From Octopus vulgaris (lineage: Eukaryota): a stretch of DNA of 64,000 nt. Below are positions 36,967 to 49,112 of this stretch, in pieces. Both the position numbers and the translations under genes were made by a program. Positions within the stretch are counted from its first letter, which is position 1; the number at the start of each line of letters is the position of its first letter. The DNA is taken from the NCBI GenBank assembly GCA_951406725.2, contig OX597826.1, forward strand, positions 10,850,001-10,914,000, read 5' to 3'. The notes beneath the pieces are model-generated. The model ran no database searches, was not told the DNA's origin, and saw only the letters and a list, made by a program, of their open reading frames with translations.

Positions 36967-38629
36967 CTGCAATAACATCAAAAAAATTGGAATTGCTTTT
37001 AGGCACTAAAAGAACCAGGATGAGAGAGAAAAGAGAAACAGTTCTCCAGGTGAGACTCAACTTAATACATCAGTCATTTACCTGGAATTTACCTGTCATT
37101 TACCAATAACACCAAACAGAGCATCTGCCATTCCATTTCTTTCAGGTAGAAACTATGTCAGTGGTTCTCAACCAGGGTCCATATGAGACTGGGCGGGGGG
37201 GGGGGCAGGGGGGCCTCACAAGCAAAATAGTAAATTGGGGATCCACATTAAGGGTCAACAAAAAAGTTTTGATTTAGATGTACTTATTGCAAGAAATAGC
37301 TAAATTTCTTTCTCAAACGTTTTACATAGTTCAACCGACACAAATATTACAAAATAAGAACTTTGAAAGAAGTATATATAAAACTAGTTTTTAAGTATCG
37401 AATGGCTATGGGGCTATAGTAATCAAACTGGCGAGCTGGCAGAAACGTTAGCACGCCGGGCAAAATGCGTTGCTGTATTTTGTCTGTCGTTACGTTCTGA
37501 GTTCAAATTCCGCCAAGGTCGACTTGGCCTTTCATCCTTTCGGGGTCGATAAATTAAGTACCATTTACGCACTGGGGTCGATGTAATCGACTTAATCTGT
37601 GTGTCTGTCCTTGTTTGTCCCTTCTGTGTTTAGCCCCTTGTGGGTAGTAAAGAAATATATAGTAATCAAAGGGATCCATAGATAAAAAATGATATGAGAA
37701 CCACTGAAGCATCTCATTCACCAGTGTTTTAACATCTACTTTTCCCATGCAAGCCTGGATGAGATGTAATTAATTGGGGCAATTTTCAACAGCAGGATGC
37801 CCTTCCCGTCACCAACCCTCATCTGTTTCCAAACAAGATGTTTCCTCATGGCCAGATATACTATTTGCAGAATATTAGAAACGAATGACACTCTGCTTGT
37901 ATGACAGTGAAACTCATTTACAATTATGATGTGATGTCAAGACAAGGAGACACACACATACACACATATATGTATACATATATGAAAAGCTTCTTTCAGA
38001 TTCCATCTGCTAAATCCACTTTACAAGGCTTTGGTTAGCCCAGGGCTAAATCAGAGCCCACTTGTCCAAGGTGCCATGCAGTGGGACCGAACCCATAACC
38101 ATGTGGATGGGAAACAAACCTCTTAACCACACAGCCGTGCATCTATAATTACACTGATGCCTAAAATCTAATTTATTAATATTACTAGCTTTGTGTCCCC
38201 ATCTCTTTCTGTTTGTCCTTTCCCAATGGAAAATGACTGATTTTATTAGATTTATCTCCCTTTATTATATATATTAACTTGAATGCTATCCATCATACGA
38301 CAGATAATGCTGGAACATATTTTTGCCAATGTTACATCAGTTATTAATTGATAGTTAAACACTATTATTGTTATTGATAACTTATATTTATTGCAAATAT
38401 TCAAATAAGAAAATTGCTTTAATTATATTTTATTTCAATAAATATTTTTATTTTGAAGATTATCATTCAGGCACAGGCATGGCTGTGTGGTAAGAAGCTT
38501 GCTTCCCTACCACATGGTTCCAGGTTCAGTCCCATTGCATAGCACCTTGGGCAAGTGTCTTCTACTATAACCTCAGACTGACCAAAGCCTTGGGAGTGGA
38601 TTTGGTAGAAGGAAACTGAAAGAAGCTCA

Positions 38630-38680
<51 letters not shown>

Positions 38681-40049
38681 GATGTATCTATGTGTGTGTG
38701 TGTGTCTTTGAGTGTGTGTTTGTCCCCCTCCCCATCACCACTTGGCAACTGGTACTGGTGTGTGTACGTCCCCATAACTTACTGGTTCAGCAAAAGAGAC
38801 CGATGGAATTAAGTACTAGGCTTAAAAAATAAGTCCTGGGGGGGTAAATTTGTTTGACTAAAACCGTTTAGGATGGTGCTCCAGCATGGTCATAGTCAGA
38901 TGACTGAAACAAGTGAAAGAATAAAGGAATAAAAGAAATTCATTTTATTAATATTCATTCACCAGAAAATTTGAAACATGAAGTAAAACTACAATTATTG
39001 AATCAAAGTAACAATACCTCTTATTACCTACTGCAGCAAAGGTATATTTCTAGTATTATCCATCATATTGCAGTAAAGCAAAACCCAGAGGGAGCAGCTG
39101 TTCATTCCACTAAAAATAGCAGCTAAGTTACCCTCAAATCAAACGCTACAGTCTTAGAAAGGAGAAAACAAAAGTGAGGGATGGACACATTTGATAATGT
39201 AGCACTATAAGAATATTTGTTAGTGCTAGATATAGATTTCTTTACTGCCCAGAAGGGGCTAAACATAGAGGGGACAAACAAGGACAGACGAAGGGATTGA
39301 GTCGATTATATCGGCCCCAGTGCGAAACTGGTGCTAGATATCTTTATATATAAAAGTGAAGTTGTGTGTCTGTCTCCTACGATTTAGATTCCTAACTACT
39401 CCCACATTTTGCGGTGCAGTTTAACCAAAACCGGGTATCTTATAATCGTGATTCATATCGAGCCCTTCTGGGTATTAGTGCGCGTCTACGATGAGTCTAC
39501 AATTTTAAAAAAATTTACCATAATTTTTTTCCATTTTTAATGCATTTTTTTGCTATTTTTTTGGCTATAACTCTCTAAAAATGCTTATATAGTTATTTCC
39601 CTTACAAACCCGAGCAACGTCGGGCAATACTGCTAGTAATTTATATAATAAGACACGTTAGTCACAGCTAGAATATATTTCCAACAAAAGTGTCATAAGG
39701 GTACTGCAAAAGGTCAGACAAGGGTGTCGCCTATCTTAAGAACATGAACATAAGATGATGAAATTATAGAAACACTGAACTGTTTGCTTAAGGTTGAACT
39801 GGAGTTAATAGCAATAAGTAGATATTATAACCTATCTAGTCTAATTTAACTGTATTATTTACTATTCTACCTTCACATGATTGTTTATTAGCAGCTTAGC
39901 AATAATTAAAAATCAATTTACATTAATTCATAATAATTGTGGTTGTTAAATTTGACTCATACAAAAGGTCACCCATTCGACAGTAAATGATTTATTGATT
40001 GAAATCAGTCTTGTGTACATATATATATATATATTAATAATTATATAAT

Positions 40050-40098
<49 letters not shown>

Positions 40099-40183
40099 GG
40101 AGAATTCATGAAAAAAAACAGATGAACACAGTTGGTGTAGAAAACCAACAGATATATTAGTATAACGCTCAGGAATTGAAAAA

Positions 40184-40223
40184 GTCTTTAACATTTCGAG
40201 CCTACGCTCTTCCACAGAAAGAC
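40184..40223 (-). ncRNA. Hammerhead-like motif, A6U variant (further copies at about 42573-42610 and, partly deleted, 45098-45122)
   Basis: GUCUUU-CUGUGGA-A-GAGC(GUAG)GCUC-GAA-AUGU-U-AAAGAC. Confidence 0.55.
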
Positions 40224-40669
40224 ACAAGGAGAGAAACAAAATGTGTGTAGTGGCTACCGATCTATTATGGCGAATGCCAGACAGAGGGGTCACACAGGAG
40301 AATGAAGAAGTAGGGGAGATAACAAAGTAGCAGTGATCCCAAAACGAAGGTGCGCGTGTGTGTAAGAGAGTACGTATGTGCGTGTGAAAGAGGGCTGGTG
40401 ATCTTGATGTGTGCATGGATGTATGAGTAGGCGTGAAAATGTGGGGATGGGAATTGGTCAGTGCTGGTGTGTGCGTGGTGAAGCACCAACCGATCGTGGC
40501 CGTTGCCATCATCACCTGGAACCTGTGCCGGTGGCACGTAAAAAGCACCCACTACACTCATGGAGTGGTTGGCATTAGGAAGGGCATCCAGCTGTAGACT
40601 GGAGCCTGGTGCAGCCTCCTGGCTTCCCAGACCCCGGTCGAACCGTCCAACCCATGCTAGCATGGAAAA

Positions 40670-40702
<33 letters not shown>

Positions 40703-41339
40703 TATACTCTTTTACTCTTTTACTTGTTTCAGTCATTTGACTGCGGCCATGCTGGAGCACCGCCTTCTAGTCGAGTAAATCGACCCCAGGACTTATTCTT
40801 TGTAAGCCTAGTACTTATTCTATCAGTCTCTTTTGCTGAACCGCTAAGTTACGGGACGTAAACACAGCACCATCAGTTGTCAAGCAATGGTGGGGTGGGG
40901 GGGGGACAAACACAGATACACAAACATATACACGCACATTCATATATCTATATATATACATATATACGATGGGCCTCTTCCAGTTTCCGTCTACCAAATC
41001 CACTCACAAGGCTTTGGTCGGCCCGAGGCTATAGTAGAAGACACTTGCCCAAGGTGCCACGCAGTGGGAATGAACCTGGAACCATGTGTTTGGTAAGCAA
41101 GCTACTTACCACACAGCCACTCCTGCACCGTATATACATATATATATTTAATATTTTGGACCAATGGGTATATGTTGATTAGTGTGTTGAAGTGTTTAGT
41201 AGGGCACTGGCACACTTTGTGCCACTCGGTGTCACCTGCAGTTGGGGTATATTTCTTTTGGATCTCTGCACTGTTAGTTGAGATAATAATAATAATTTCT
41301 TAAGTAACCAGAATATGAATTTGGTAATATTCTTTATTT

Positions 41340-41447
41340 TGTACAATGTTCGTTTCGACCCATCCTGCTCCTGTCCCTCCAATGGGTGGGATTCCATTCA
41401 ACATGTTGTGTTGCATCTATTTTGCAGTCTGGGTCTCATCAGGTACA
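41340..41447 (-). ncRNA. Hammerhead motif with long helix II insert
   Basis: UGUAC-CUGAUGA-GACCCA...(about 67 nt)...UGGGUC-GAA-ACGAACAU-U-GUACA. Confidence 0.65.
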
Positions 41448-41625
41448 TCCATGCCAACATGGACAATAGACGTTAAATGATGATGATTTGTTTTTGCTGT
41501 GAGTTTATAATTTTGTGATAATCAATGTTATGTAAAAAAAATTGAAGATTATCTCTTTATAAACAGTTTTTCTCATCATTAGGGTGATGCATGACTTCTG
41601 CACAACCCTGTGTATGTGTGTGTGA

Positions 41626-41923
<298 letters not shown>

Positions 41924-43214
41924 ATACACACACACAAATATATATACATAAATACACGAGGAGATACTGAAAAGTTCTTGGCTTTGAGTAAAAAAAAATA
42001 CAGGAGAATCAGTTAATTATGATTTTATTCAATATATTAACCTCTCAGATTCACACACTTATTGCAGCGGTCCTTCAGTTTTTCTAAGCCCTGTAAAAGA
42101 ACTTAAAGCCTTAAAGAACTTAAAGCCTTAAAGCCAGGAAGGCTTTAGTATCCCCATGTATAGTAAAATTGACAAAAAGAGCAGAGAGAATTTGCTGTGG
42201 GGAGCAGAAAACCCAATGATTCAGACAGAGAAAAGTTGACAGGAAAGAAATTAAAGTAGGGCAGCTGCATTTTACATCCTTAAGTTAGAAAAACTGGCTG
42301 CAACAAAGAGGAAGTAAAATTCAATTGTCTCTCTTTTGTTTTTGTTTGAAGTGTGTTTGGTCATAGTGCTTATTTTAACCCATAAACCTTGCAGTCACTA
42401 AGCAGTGGTGCATATTGATGGGGTAGATAGATAGAATGATAAACTGACAGATAGACAACTATATATATATATACAAAGGGAAAGTTTACCAAAATAAACA
42501 AAAGACGAAGGCAGGTGGAGTACAAACAAACAATTGTATTAGTATGGCGCTCAGGAGTAGAAATAGAACAATTTTTTTACATTTCGACCCTACGCTCTTC
42601 AACAGAAAGATACACAGAAAAAATCAAGGAGAGAAAAAAATGCGTGTAGGAGCTGAGATATATATATATATATATATAAATGTGGAGTCGCAATGGCCCG
42701 GTGGTTAGGGCAGCGGACTCGCGGTTTTGATTCCCAGACCAGGCGTTGTGAGTGTTTATTGAGCGAAAACACCTAAAGCTCCACGAGGCTCCGGCAGGGG
42801 GTGGTGATCCCTGCTGTACTCTTTCGCCACAACTTTCTCTCACTCTTTCTTCTGTTGGCCTGATCGCTTAGCCAGCGGGGTGGCGTCATTTGAAGGCTAA
42901 AACAATGCAAAGCGCATTGTGACCAGCGATGTGTAGCAACATCTGATAGCCTGGTCGGTCACTCTGTGTGTGTGATATATCTATATATCAAGGGTATGAA
43001 AGGTATTGGTGTCAGGAAGACCCAAAAGGTATCGGGTAAGTGCTAAGTAAGTGGTATGGATAGACCATATTTAAGCTCCAGGCTCGATAATGATACGAGT
43101 GAGGAGTTCAACGTGGGTCATGTATCAGCATGCATATATATATATAAACTGATAGAATGAGATAAAAAAAAAACTAAGGCAGTAAATAGATTTCATAACA
43201 TTTATCAAGAAAAT

Positions 43215-43262
43215 ATCTTACATCTGTTTCCGGGATATTTTATATATCCCTTCATCAGAGAC
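43215..43262 (-). ncRNA. Type I hammerhead ribozyme motif, canonical core, GUA site
   Basis: GUCU-CUGAUGA-A-GGGAUAU(AUAAA)AUAUCCC-G-GAA-ACA(GA)UGU-A-AGAU. Confidence 0.75.
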
Positions 43263-43429
43263 GGTGCAAGAAAATGTTTGAGTATCAATTATCATAGAGA
43301 AGATATGAAATACAGAGGGAAGTAAGAGAATGAATATAGAAGTGAGATACATAAGGATATTGTATTTGCAATCCGTTACAGTACCTAATCGTTTAGATCA
43401 CCTGTGAATTAAACCCCCATACTTTGTGA

Positions 43430-43512
<83 letters not shown>

Positions 43513-44565
43513 CAGGCGTTGGACAAAATAATGGAAACACCTAGTATCATAGCATAATAATTTTGAAATATCTATAAAACCATCAAAAGCTTGTTTACTT
43601 TTATGTTTTTTGGTTTATTATTAGTGTTGCTTTATATGTTTTGCTAAAATTGCTGTTATTTTTTTCAGATATCATCAGAAAAAGGTAATTAAAATTCATT
43701 AAAATGACAGATCTATCGGACTTTCAAAAAGGTCAAATTGTTGGTGCTCATATGGCAGGTGCTAGCATACTGAAAACAGCCAAAATGTTTGGTGTATCAA
43801 GAAGTACCATCTTGAACGTAATCACAGCCTTTGAGAAAGAGAGAAAAAACTCCTCGTTGAAACAAAACTCCAGAGTGGAGTAAAAACCTACAGAATTGGT
43901 CCCTAGAGGAGTGGAAGAATGTTATTTTCTCAGATGAGTCATCGTTTACCTTATTTCTGACCACTGGCCAAGTATACATGTGAAGACAGCCAAAAGAAGC
44001 ATTTGACCCAGACTACCTTCTTCCAACAGTTAAACATGGGGGAAGATCTGTGATGATCTGGAGGAGGGGGTATATCTTGGAAATCCACTGACCCAGTGGT
44101 TTCCTTCATGGTAGAATTAATAGTCCAGACTATTTAAGCATTTCATCTGATCAACTTCTTCCTATGGTTGCGGAAATGTTTCCGGAGAGAAATGCATTCT
44201 TTCAGGATGATAATGCACCAATTCACACGGCTAAAATTGTTACTGAATGACACGAGGAATATTCGAGTGAAGTTGAACATCTTATCTGGCCACCACAGTC
44301 CCCAGATCTCAATATTATTGAACATTTATAGTGCATTTTAGAAAAACAAGTAAGGAGTTGATATCCTCCACCATCATCACTACAAGAACTGGAGACAGGT
44401 TTAGCTGAAGAATGGACAAAAATTCCTTTGGAAACAATTCAAACTTTTTACAAGTCCAGATCTCATAGAATTCAAGCTGTAATTACTGCCAAAGGCAGTC
44501 CTACCCCATATTAAAAGAAATTTGTTTGAAATTTTAAGGTGTTTCCATTACTTTGTCCAATACTT

Positions 44566-44567
<2 letters not shown>
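43513..44567 (+). mobile_element. Decayed Tc1 transposon
   Basis: TIR CAGGCGTTGGACAAAATAATGGAAACACCT; MTDLSDFQKGQIVGA, WKNVIFSDES, FQDDNAPIH, WPPQSPDLNIIE with stops and frameshifts. Confidence 0.92.
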
Positions 44568-44610
<43 letters not shown>

Positions 44611-44778
44611 TCAGAACCTTACAGTAGTCTGGAATAACTGAATCTTAGTCAGTCAGTTGATGGGCTCCACTACCTCAAATGTTCTTAAAATTTAAATCCA
44701 CATCTTTGTCTATATATCTACCTTCTCTATAATGTTGCCACTTGATATGAAAATGTTTGTATTAATGGAAAACCTCTA

Positions 44779-44871
44779 TAATTGGCTGATGAGTACTCAG
44801 CATTTTAAAACTGTTGTAATACTTACAACATTTAATGAAATGATGTAGTACGAAACGATCGTACCAAATTA
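44779..44871 (+). ncRNA. Type I hammerhead ribozyme motif, canonical core, extended helix II, GUA site
   Basis: UAAUUGG-CUGAUGA-GUACU...UGUUGUAA(UAC)UUACAACA...AGUAC-GAA-ACGAUCGU-A-CCAAAUUA. Confidence 0.8.
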
Positions 44872-45188
44872 CCGGAGTTATTCTTGTTGCCTATTTTGAT
44901 TATATATATATATATACACATACATATATATATATATATACACATACACACACACACATATATATACACATACATACATATACATACACACACACATATA
45001 TATATATATAGTGAGAATTTACTGAAAAACAAAAGATGAATACAGGTGTATAAACAACAAACAGATGTATTAGTTTAACGCTCGGGATGGTGAGAAAGTC
45101 TTTTACACTCTTCGACAGAAAGGAACACAGAAATTAACGGGGAGAAAAACTAGAAAAAGGTATATTGGCTAGCAATCTACCATGGCAA

Positions 45189-45306
<118 letters not shown>

Positions 45307-45321
45307 TGTATTGGTACAAAC

Positions 45322-45589
45322 CAAAAGAATCTGTTGTCTGTATCGCATTGTTGGAATTGCCTCTGTGCACATAAACTCAGGTCCCAAATATAGTTTGTTG
45401 TGGACCAAGAGAAATAGAATGTTCCTGAACTAAGTAGTTTGCGCATTTCATTGATTTTCTCTTCTTCAGCATTGTGGCTCTGTAGAGGTATGAAGTTGGT
45501 GGCTGTGATACGAAACACTTCTGATTCCATGATTTTGTTGACTGACACACATGATGTAACAATTCCGAGATAGAGGCTGTTAGTTTCAC
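45322..45589 (-). CDS. SYNJ1: Synaptojanin exon B, 268 nt
   Basis: ttttcacag| ... TTT TG|gtttgt; ETNSLYLGIVTSCVSVNKIMESEVFRIT...GTFYFSW...DNRFFW; phase 1 to 2. Confidence 0.95.
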
Positions 45590-48484
45590 CTGTGAAAATG
45601 AAGCAACACAGGATTGTAAGAAGAATATTTACTGTTCAAGACTGAAATTTAAATTGCAAAAAAAATTGGTTCCTTTCACTATTGGTTGTCAACATCATTA
45701 TTAATAATCTTGGAAACCATGATTTTTTAATCTTGATTTTAACCCTTTTGTTACCATATTTCTGCTGAGATGCTCTGTGTTTCTTTCAATTACTTTAAAT
45801 ATAACAAAGAATTTAGTAAAATAACTTAGTTATCAATAAGCTAGTGTTAGGAACATAAATTGTGACCAAGGCTTGGTGGAAGATTTTAATTCAAAACTTA
45901 TGAAAACAAGAAATTTGTACTACAGAGCCTGAGCTGGTTTCAATGGCTGCAGTCAAATGACTGAAACAAGTAAAAGAGTAAAAGAGTATATATATTTTAA
46001 CCCTTTTGTTAGCATATTTCTACTGAGATGCTCTGTGTTTCTTTCAATTACTTTAAATATAACAAGGAATTTAGTAAAATAACTTTGTTATCATTCAGCT
46101 AGTGTTTGGAACATAAATTGTGACCAAGGCTTGGTGGAAGATTTTAATTCAAAACTTATGAAAACAAGACATTTGTACTACAGAGCCAAAGCCGGTTTCA
46201 GCCAGGTTGGTATCAAAAAGGTTAAACAGCAGAAGATAAGTGCCATTCTACTTGCTTAGTTGTACATGACATCATCGTAGTATTGATTAAGTTGATTCAA
46301 GCAAATATTTTTAATACTTTTAATAAATATCAAAATATTGATTTCAAATTTTGGCACAAGGCCAGCAATTTAGAAGGATGTGAGTCAATTTCATTGATCC
46401 CAGTGCTCAACTGGTACTAATTTTATCGACACCAAAAGGATGAATGGCAAAGTCTATCTCAGTGGAATTGGAACTCAGAATACAGAGAAGGATAAAATGC
46501 TGCTAAGCATCTCACCTGGTGTGCTAACAATACTGCCAGCTCAATGCCTTAATAAATATCAAACTATTAGAAAATAATATCATGATATTGATTAGATATT
46601 ACAGTAGTTAGTAAATATTATATTTGATATAATATTTTAAAACTTTTATCTATAAATGTCTAAATTTCTGGTGAATATTTTTATTCAAATTTCTATATAC
46701 TCTCAAAGTCATCTTGAGATTTCATAGGTACAAGTAAAACTTTACTTCACTGAAAAGGTCTAATCAGACTGAAACATGTTCAGAGCTATCACTCTTTTTG
46801 CTAAAGGTCAGATCCACTCCTCAATACACATCTCGATTCAGTTTTAACCAATTTGGTTTTGAAGTTATCTCCTTTGCTTTCACCACCACCACCACCACCA
46901 CCACCATTGCCACCATTTTTTATATTTTATTTATTTCACCTCAGACACAACAAAATTTGTTTTCAACACATGAATTCACATAAGGAATCTCGCAGATCAG
47001 ATACAAAAACCAAGTAAAATATTCACATAAACCATTCGATACAACAGACATGGCAGTCAAAGTTATTTTCCATTACATATGTAAGATGATATATGCACAC
47101 ATATAAATAGTAGGCGATTGTTATCAACAGAATGTACTTTCTGTTTCCTTCTTGAGAACAGACGAGTAACGTTGCTTGATGTATGTTTGTGAACTGTGAT
47201 ACACAGTTATAAAATGGTGTCAGAAGCATAGACTGAATCTAGTTATTGATTTTTTGGTGTTGGTGGTGCTTCTCAGCTTCTACTTGTTCGCTAGTAACGT
47301 GGCTGGTAGGTGAGTTGCTAATGGACTTTATCTGAAATAACAAAGTAGCTTTGCTAACTAAAATTACTAAACGGTTGAATATTAGTTGCTAGCTCCTAAA
47401 CTTGCTCTGACGACTCATGTGCTTCCAGGAAGAATTTTCTAGAAGCTGTTGATAATGCATCAGCTGATATTGTTGGAATTGAACTGGCACCAGACATTAT
47501 TAGCAAACATAACAACTTCACATATGAAGAAGCCATAGTAAAAATACATGGTGCAGATGTAATAGGAAACTTTGACAATTTCTCTGAACCTACAAAAAAT
47601 CTCTTTAGTGCTTTAAACAGGGTCTTTGCTACCAAAAATAATGGTAGAAGATGTGAAAAAATATTTAATGTTTATTGAAGATACGTATGAGATGATGTGA
47701 AAGACGTAGCTTTAAATAACATTTTATTACATTAATATTTCAACAAAAGCACAAGTCCAGAGCAAATATTATTGAATCACAAGAAATGAAGATATAGACC
47801 AGCCAACTGGTTTCTGTGCCGGTGGCATGTAAAAGGGCACCATTCGAGCGTGATAGTTACCAACGTCGCCTAACAGGCACCTGTGCTGGTGAAGATTCGA
47901 GTGAGGTCGTTGCCAGTACTGCATGACTGGCCCCTGTGCCGGTGGCACGTAAAAAAGCACCCACTACACTCTCGGAGTGGTTGGCATTAGGAAGGGCATC
48001 CAGCTGTAGAAACTCTGCCAAATCAAGATTGGAGCCTGGTGCAGCCATCTGGTTCGCTAGCCCTCAGTCAAAATCGTCCAACCCATGCTAGCATGGAAAG
48101 CGGACATTAAACGATGATGATGATGGTGATGATGAGAGTTGTTAAATCAAATGAATACCATTTCACAATGTGACATTAAGTAAAATGATTTGAGTGTAGT
48201 TTGTAGGGCAAACTAGTATGAATCAATATGATTATGATTGCATGAAAATATCTCATAATGAGGTTATGTTGATTTGAATGATTTTTACAGATAGTCTATA
48301 TGTAATATGAGGAGAGTTTCTCTGGTTGCAGTGTCAATGGCTTAGTCTGAGTGGTATGGATGGTATCTCAGCTATGCCTTGTATCTCCTGCAATCAGACA
48401 TGAACTGGTATGAAAATATTTCCATATCATTGTCATAAATGTGCCTGGTTTTGTTAAGTAGAAGAAAGTTGAAATTTTTTAAAG

Positions 48485-49112
48485 TAAGGGCTATTTTGCC
48501 AACATAATGTGGCTGTCCTGGAAGGGACAAATGTTACTGTTGTCTATCCCCAGAAAACATCATTTCAAGCTGGCTATACGACACAATATCTGTGTCCTTA
48601 AGGCATCGAGTTGGCAGAAACGTTAGCATACCGGGTGAAATTCTTAGCGGTATTTCGTCTACCGCTACGTTCTGAGTTCAAATTCCACCGAGGTCAACTT
48701 TGCCTTTCATCCTTTTGGGGTCAATTAAATAAGTACCAGTTACGCACTGGGGTCAATGTAATCGACTTAATCCATTTATCTGTCTTTGTTTGTCCGCTCT
48801 ATGTTTAGCCCCTTGTAGGCAATAAAGAATTAAAATATCTGTGTCCTTATGTTTTTAAACAGGGAATTCAGCACTCCAACCCAGCAAAAAAAAAACATCT
48901 GTGGACCAGTTTCTGGGTTATTGCTCTTTATCAACACAGATTACCTGCTTGACTAGGGGACGTTGCTTTTGCACAGGGTAGGAACACTGAACTCCCTGTT
49001 TGAAAACATAAGGACACAGACATTGCTAGAAACGATGTTTCCTGGGGATAAACAACAGTAACACTCGTCCCTTCCAGGACAGCCACATTATGTTGGCAAA
49101 TAGTCTTCACAT
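48485..49112. repeat. Long inverted repeat with hammerhead-like motif in the loop; left arm split by a SINE
   Basis: TTTGCCAACATAATGTGGCTGTCCTGGAAGGGAC... mirrors ...GTCCCTTCCAGGACAGCCACATTATGTTGGCAAA. Confidence 0.85.
48897..48941 (-). ncRNA. Decayed or U3-A8 variant hammerhead-like motif, GUC site
   Basis: AUCUGUG-UUGAUAA-(weak helix II)-GAA-AC(UG)GU-C-CACAGAU; perfect 7-bp helix I. Confidence 0.5.
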
